This document shows positions 58,799 through 64,000 of a stretch of DNA of 64,000 nucleotides, one piece after another (position 1 is the stretch's first letter; each line of letters opens with the position of its first letter). The translations under genes and the position numbers were made by a program. This stretch comes from an uncultured Desulfatitalea sp. (GTDB lineage Bacteria > Desulfobacterota > Desulfobacteria > Desulfobacterales > Desulfosarcinaceae): NCBI GenBank assembly GCA_963668675.2, contig CAXXMB010000002.1, positions 2,944,001 to 3,008,000 on the forward strand. The letters run 5' to 3'. The notes below the pieces were generated by a model, which saw only the letters and a list, made by a program, of their open reading frames with translations, was not told the origin of the DNA and did no database searches.

Positions 58799-60334
58799 AT
58801 GCCATCTTTTCATCCCAAAGAGAGAGCCCCAACCTTGATGACGCTTTCGATTCGCCGAAGATCCCTCATGCCCATAGCCACCGGATTGGCGACGGCTCAA
58901 TTGATTGCCCTCTTTTATGTGCGCCAAGCCTCCCTGCATCAGCTTCAACGCGTCGAAGCGCTGGAGGCGGCCGGTTGGCTGGCTATTCCGGCAGGACCGG
59001 CGGCGGCCCTGCTGAACAGCTATGGCACGGCTTTCTGGGGCGGCCTTTTTTTTACATTGAGCGTGGGGAGCGGATTGACGCTGGCAACATGGGCCCTCTG
59101 CTCTCTCTGGCAGTGGCTTTTCGGTTGCGATCGCCGCCTGATATTGGGGGGCGCGGGCGTGTGGCTGGCGCTGATTGCGCTGGTGAATGCCAGCGGCTGG
59201 GCGCTCTTCCCTTCGCTCTTTGTGGTGTTCGTTCCATCGGTTACCCTTCTGGCCAGTGTGCAGAGAGCGCCTCGCGAAGCAGCAGGATCGACCCGCACGC
59301 TCTGGTTTTTGCCGTTGGTGACGCTGGTGCTGCTCACGGCGCTGTGGACCACGCAGTTGAACCGGCAGATGTTCTCCACCATCAGGGACCATCTGCTGCT
59401 CTCCAACACTGTGGGGCGACAGGTGAACGATTTTTACTATCGCTATACGCTGTTCGCCGCCCAGGCCTTCAAATCTTTTGAACAGCAGACCATACGGAGC
59501 TGTCGCCTCGACCCTTCGGCCTCCCCCGTCAGCGGTGTGGATTGGACGCCTCTGCTGGCACGGCATGATGTGCTGACGGTCTCCGGCAATGGGCCGGTCG
59601 ATATGATCATCGCCGCTGTCGGCAAGCAGCTCCGTCTCGTATCGGCCCGCGGTGATGTGATTGAGGTGCTGCCGGCCGATTTTCGAAAGGACCCCCGCAC
59701 CTGGCTGCGCCGGTTTTCAGAATCCGAAGATCGATACGGCCCTTTTCGGCGCATCACCCTCTTCGGCCTGCTGATCGGTTTTCCCATCCTGTTGTATGTT
59801 TGCGTGGACGGGATGATCGGGCGCGCGGCGAAACACCTCTTCAGGGAGGTTGCTGTCGTATGGATCCGGTCGATCGTCTGTTTCGTTATCGGTATCGCCC
59901 TTTTTCTTCCCATGCTGGGAAGCCGGGCGGATGATATCGCTACGGACCGGTTGGCCGAAGCTCTGGCTGCCGAAACCTGGACCCGGCGCGTGGCTGCACT
60001 TCGGCAGATCGCAGATCTCCACTTGGACATTGCCGACTATCCCGGATACCGGCTGCTGCTCGAGAGCCCCATGGTGGTCGAACGTTACTGGCTGGCCAGG
60101 GCCATGGCCGGAAGCCGCAGTCCGGCCGCTTACGCCGATCTGCTTCGCCTGATGCGCGATCCCCATCCCAATGTGGTTTGTCAGGCCTACTATGCCCTCG
60201 GACAAAGCGGGCGGCGGGCGGCCGCAAAGGCCATACAAAAGCAGATGGTGCAGTCGGATCACTGGTACGCACAGTGGTACGGCTATCGTGCGATGAGGAG
60301 ACTCGGATGGCATCAGACCCGTCCCAACCAGTGA
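58799..60334 (+). CDS. Membrane protein with C-terminal HEAT-like repeats
   Basis: Several TM segments; ERYWLARA, DPHPNV.CQA..ALG. Confidence 0.75.
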   Translation: MPSFHPKERAPTLMTLSIRRRSLMPIATGLATAQLIALFYVRQASLHQLQRVEALEAAGWLAIPAGPAAALLNSYGTAFWGGLFFTLSVGSGLTLATWALCSLWQWLFGCDRRLILGGAGVWLALIALVNASGWALFPSLFVVFVPSVTLLASVQRAPREAAGSTRTLWFLPLVTLVLLTALWTTQLNRQMFSTIRDHLLLSNTVGRQVNDFYYRYTLFAAQAFKSFEQQTIRSCRLDPSASPVSGVDWTPLLARHDVLTVSGNGPVDMIIAAVGKQLRLVSARGDVIEVLPADFRKDPRTWLRRFSESEDRYGPFRRITLFGLLIGFPILLYVCVDGMIGRAAKHLFREVAVVWIRSIVCFVIGIALFLPMLGSRADDIATDRLAEALAAETWTRRVAALRQIADLHLDIADYPGYRLLLESPMVVERYWLARAMAGSRSPAAYADLLRLMRDPHPNVVCQAYYALGQSGRRAAAKAIQKQMVQSDHWYAQWYGYRAMRRLGWHQTRPNQ

Positions 60335-60969
60335 AGATCGGCATGCCGACACTGGCTGTCGCCCTCGGGCTTCTGGTTGCCACTGAGGCGATGGCCTGGT
60401 GGCTCATTCCGCGGGTGCAGTTGCCGTCGATGGTCATGCTCGGTCTGACCCGACTGGTTCAAATTGTGGCACTGCTCGTGTGCGTCATCCGGTTGGAGGG
60501 CGGGCTGGCAGCCATCGGCTGGGCGCCGGCCACCTGGCCCCGGGGGGTGATCGTCGGTGCCTGTTGGTCGGCGGGGTTTGCGCTGGCAGCGGCTTTGGGA
60601 ATGGCAGTGATCTTCTTTGCCGGGCAGAATCCGTTAGCGCTGCTGAGAACCCCCATGCCGGCGGACCGTTTCGAACTGATCCTTCTTTTCCTGGTGGGCG
60701 GGCTGGTGGGGCCTCTGGCCGAAGAGATCTGCTTTCGGGGCGTGCTTTACACCTTTTTCCGCAGGTGGGGCATATGGGTTGCCCTCCTTTTCAGCACCGC
60801 TATCTTCGTCGCGCTGCACTCGGTGAGTGGCATCCCGGTCACCCAGATCGTCGGCGGTATCGTTTTCGCGCTTGCATACGAAACCAGCCGCAACCTCATG
60901 GTGCCCATTACGATTCATGTACTGGGCAACAGTGCCATTTTCGCCCTCTCGTTGCCGATGTTCCTTTAA
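60307..60969 (+). CDS. CPBP (Abi/CAAX) intramembrane glutamic protease
   Basis: EEICFRG, F.ALH, H...N motifs. Confidence 0.9.
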   Translation: MASDPSQPVKIGMPTLAVALGLLVATEAMAWWLIPRVQLPSMVMLGLTRLVQIVALLVCVIRLEGGLAAIGWAPATWPRGVIVGACWSAGFALAAALGMAVIFFAGQNPLALLRTPMPADRFELILLFLVGGLVGPLAEEICFRGVLYTFFRRWGIWVALLFSTAIFVALHSVSGIPVTQIVGGIVFALAYETSRNLMVPITIHVLGNSAIFALSLPMFL

Positions 60970-61046
60970 TTGGAATGAGTCTTGGGCCTATCCACCAAAT
61001 AAAGGATCATAACCGCTATTCATGCTGTAACTACATGCAGACAATT

Positions 61047-61220
61047 AGTTTTAAGTGGAAAGTGGAAAGTTTTAAGCGAAGGAATGATCTCGATAATACC
61101 ATCTTCTCAACCATCGGCGAGTTGGTCATGGAAAAGTGGTGGTGATGATGTAATTGGAATTGGCTTCCATGAAATAGACAGAATGCCACGCTTTAGACTT
61201 TCCACTTTGAACTTAAAACT
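61047..61220. repeat. Inverted heptamer-array element
   Basis: AGTTTTA AGTGGAA AGTGGAA AGTTTTA AGCG ... CGCTTTAGACTTTCCACTTTGAACTTAAAACT. Confidence 0.75.
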
Positions 61221-61377
61221 TCGAGCAACACTCTTTCAGGACTTTATCGTTCGATTGTTTAGTAGACCCGATAAGTCTTTTTCAAGCCTGGCTGCCGGGC
61301 CAATTTTCTGCTTGGCAGTCTTGCCGTAGCGTGCTATTGGAACGCACTTATCAAAAACGCTCAAGGAGGTGGTATCG

Positions 61378-61479
61378 ATGGGTAAAGGAGATCGTCGCAC
61401 CAAACGCGGAAAGGTATGGCGCGGAACAACAGGCAAGAGTCGTCCCAAGAAAGCAAAAAAGGACAAAGCCGAAAAGTAG
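61378..61479 (+). CDS. thx: 30S ribosomal protein bTHX
   Basis: [43 protein letters not shown]; below the ORF-track cutoff. Confidence 0.92.
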   Translation: MGKGDRRTKRGKVWRGTTGKSRPKKAKKDKAEK

Positions 61480-61712
61480 AGCTTAACTATGCCGGCGGTC
61501 TTCGGCCGAATCCGGAGGCCATATGGCCGGCGATGACCAACATGTGACACCGAAGAAGTATCCGCTTTTTCGACATTCCCGAAGAACGCCCGGTCCACCC
61601 GCCATCTCATTGTTTTTCTGCAGCTTCTCTCTGGACATTCCTCGATGACCCGACTACGTTGATGCCTGTATTATGATGTTCAACCCCAGACAGGATGTGA
61701 AAGGAGTTTCGG

Positions 61713-62474
61713 ATGTTCGATCTAAAGGGTAAGAAGGCAGTTATCACCGGGGCGACCCGTGGCATCGGCAGGGCCATCGCAGAGCAGTTGGCCCTGCAGG
61801 GCGTCCAGGTGGTCATCTCCAGCCGCAAGATAGAGGCGTGTGAAGAGGTGGCCGCGCAGATCAATCAGGCGGCGGGAGGGGCTGAACTGGCGTTCCCCGT
61901 GGCCTGCAATATCTCTCACAAGGAGCAGCTCCAGGCCCTGGTCGATCAGAGCATTGCGCACATGGGGCAGATCGATATCCTGGTTTGCAACGCCGCCAGC
62001 AACGTCCACCACGGCCCCTCGAATACCATCTCCGATGAAGCCTTTTCCAAGATTATCGACACCAATTTGAAATCCACCCACTGGTTGTGCCATATGGTTC
62101 TTCCGGGGATGGCGGAGCGCCGGAACGGCTCAATTATCGTTGTCTCATCCATTGCCGGCCTGCGGGGCTCGGAGTCGCTGGGGACCTACGGCATCAGCAA
62201 AGCCGGTGAGATCGCCCTGATACGCAATATTGCCCTGGAGTACGGTCCCAAAAACATACGGGCCAACGCCATTGCGCCCGGCCTGATCAAAACCGATTTT
62301 GCCCGGGCACTGTGGGAAAACCCCGAATTTCTCAACAAACGCCTGGAGTCGACCCCCCTCAGACGAATCGGCGAACCGATTGATATCGCCGGTGCGGCCG
62401 TTTTTCTTGCTTCCGGAGCCTCCACTTTCATGACGGGACAGGTGCTGGTGGTGGATGGCGGTGTGACGGTGTAG
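61713..62474 (+). CDS. SDR family oxidoreductase (DHRS4-like)
   Basis: TGATRGIG, YGISK, PGLIKTDF, VDGG. Confidence 0.92.
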   Translation: MFDLKGKKAVITGATRGIGRAIAEQLALQGVQVVISSRKIEACEEVAAQINQAAGGAELAFPVACNISHKEQLQALVDQSIAHMGQIDILVCNAASNVHHGPSNTISDEAFSKIIDTNLKSTHWLCHMVLPGMAERRNGSIIVVSSIAGLRGSESLGTYGISKAGEIALIRNIALEYGPKNIRANAIAPGLIKTDFARALWENPEFLNKRLESTPLRRIGEPIDIAGAAVFLASGASTFMTGQVLVVDGGVTV

Positions 62475-62535
62475 CGCTGCACCCCTGGTCGTTGGTCAGA
62501 CGGAGCGTCTGCACCTCAATCCCCGGGCTGGAGAT

Positions 62536-63300
62536 TTGAAGATGATGTTTATCCTGAAGAAGGTCGTTACCCCCTTCCTGCTTCCACCTGGATTGCTGGT
62601 TTTTCTTCTGCTCGGATGGGGGGTGTGGCGCCTGCGCTGCAGATCCAGGGCCGGAGCGTTGGGCGCCTTTGGCCTGGCGCTGATGATATGGGTGCTTTCG
62701 GTGGCACCCACCGCAGATCTGCTGATGTCCGGATTGGAAGCGGATTTTTTTTTCCCAAAGGAACTTCACGCCGATGCGATCATCATGCTGGGCGGGGCCG
62801 CCTATCGCAATGTGCCTGATCTCTCCGGAAAGGGTGCGCCCGGAGAAGGCACCATGGAACGGCTGGTGACCGCTGCACGCCTGTACCGCCGCATGGGGGT
62901 TCCCATCATCGTCTCGGGAGGCAGGGTCTTTGCCCAGGGCGCCTCGATCGCTGAGCTGGCCCAACGCTTTTTGGTCGATTTGGGCGTTCCGCCAGCCCAC
63001 ATCCTGCTGGAGGGGCATAGCCGCGACACTTACGAAAACGCGTTGTTGACCAAAATCGTGTGCGACCGGTACGGCTTCCGAAATCCACTGTTGGTCACGA
63101 CCGGTTTCCATCTTAAGCGTGCGGTACTTTCGTTCGAAGCGGTAGGCATGAAGGTGACCCCCTTTCCGTGCGGTCTGACCACCTATCCGGGGAAAACCTA
63201 CCATTGGTATCACTGGCTGCCTGGTGCCGGCAGCCTCGCGGCGACATCGGCGGCCCTGCATGAGTGGTTCGGGCTGCTCTACTACCGCATTCGCTATTGA
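62536..63300 (+). CDS. YdcF/ElyC (DUF218) family protein
   Basis: LGG, SGG, E..SRDTYENA, LVT..FH..RA, HEW.G. Confidence 0.9.
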   Translation: MKMMFILKKVVTPFLLPPGLLVFLLLGWGVWRLRCRSRAGALGAFGLALMIWVLSVAPTADLLMSGLEADFFFPKELHADAIIMLGGAAYRNVPDLSGKGAPGEGTMERLVTAARLYRRMGVPIIVSGGRVFAQGASIAELAQRFLVDLGVPPAHILLEGHSRDTYENALLTKIVCDRYGFRNPLLVTTGFHLKRAVLSFEAVGMKVTPFPCGLTTYPGKTYHWYHWLPGAGSLAATSAALHEWFGLLYYRIRY

Positions 63301-63308
63301 AGTTCGCT

Positions 63309-64000
63309 CTACTTCTTCTCTTCTGTGATGACGAGGTTGTCCCGATGGATCACTTCGTCATAGGGTTTGTCCCCCAGGCAATCTTTGATCTGACTGGTTT
63401 TCATACCTTTTATGGCGCGGATGTCGACCGAGCTGTAGTTGACCAACCCGATGCCGATGGTGTCCCCCTCCGAATTAAGAATTGCCACTGGCGCCCCCAC
63501 CTTGAACTCTCCTTCCACGGCGGTAACACCGGTGGGCAGAAGGCTTTTCCCGCGGTGAACAACGGCCACTTCTGCGCCGGCGTCCACCACAATTTTCCCT
63601 TTGGGAGTTAAGGTATAGGCAATCCAGCACTTGCGCCGGTTCAGCTTCTTCTTCCGGGGTTCGAAATAGGTGCCGTGCGCCTCTCCCGAGAAGAGTTTCA
63701 GGAGAATATCGGGCTTGTCTCCCTTGGCGATGATCATGGGAACCCCGGCGGCATTGACCTTCTTGGCCGCCTTGATTTTGCTCAACATGCCACCTCTTCC
63801 TAATGCGCCGGGGATATCGCTGGCGTAGGCCTCGATCTTCTTTTTATAGGCGGAGACATGCGGGATGAGCTGGGCGTCGGGCATGGTTCGCGGGTCTTTG
63901 GTGTAGAGGCCGTCGATGTCGGTGAGGCTGATGAGAAAATCGGCGTCCATCAAGAGGGTGATCATGGCGGCAAGATTGTCGTTGTCGCCCAGCTTGATCT
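63309..64000 (-). CDS. proB: Glutamate 5-kinase (3' part; begins beyond the right edge)
   Basis: GDND, GRGGMLSKI.AA, PUA domain (SLLP.G, E.IHRDNL). Confidence 0.95.
   Translation of the reverse strand, partial: IKLGDNDNLAAMITLLMDADFLISLTDIDGLYTKDPRTMPDAQLIPHVSAYKKKIEAYASDIPGALGRGGMLSKIKAAKKVNAAGVPMIIAKGDKPDILLKLFSGEAHGTYFEPRKKKLNRRKCWIAYTLTPKGKIVVDAGAEVAVVHRGKSLLPTGVTAVEGEFKVGAPVAILNSEGDTIGIGLVNYSSVDIRAIKGMKTSQIKDCLGDKPYDEVIHRDNLVITEEKK

Overview
High-GC bacterial chromosome segment. Gene content and repeat families suggest a sulfate-reducing Desulfobacterales (inference). Positions 1-6524 are the AT-richer right end of an element integrated at the 3' end of the tmRNA gene (ssrA, 6525-6878, minus). 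It carries a tyrosine integrase, a DUF927/Cch-like helicase, a degenerate tyrosine-recombinase domain fused to 26-aa repeats, a partial ATPase-like gene and a duplicated structured ~60-bp motif. The rest is host genome: ptsH-ptsI-smpB; a LuxR regulator next to a Liv-type ABC/acyl-CoA ligase operon; two GGDEF proteins; a TPP-riboswitch thiSGHFEC operon; a NosL/ABC cluster with no nosZ in the window; a TetR-SulP-two-component-PTS IIA-ClC-Usp cluster; manC-rfbD; and proB. Features the ORF track misses or truncates include a UGA-interrupted C-GCAxxG-C-C gene (likely selenoprotein), the 33-aa ribosomal protein bTHX and several MITE/REP-like repeat families. All calls come from motif recognition; no database searches were run.
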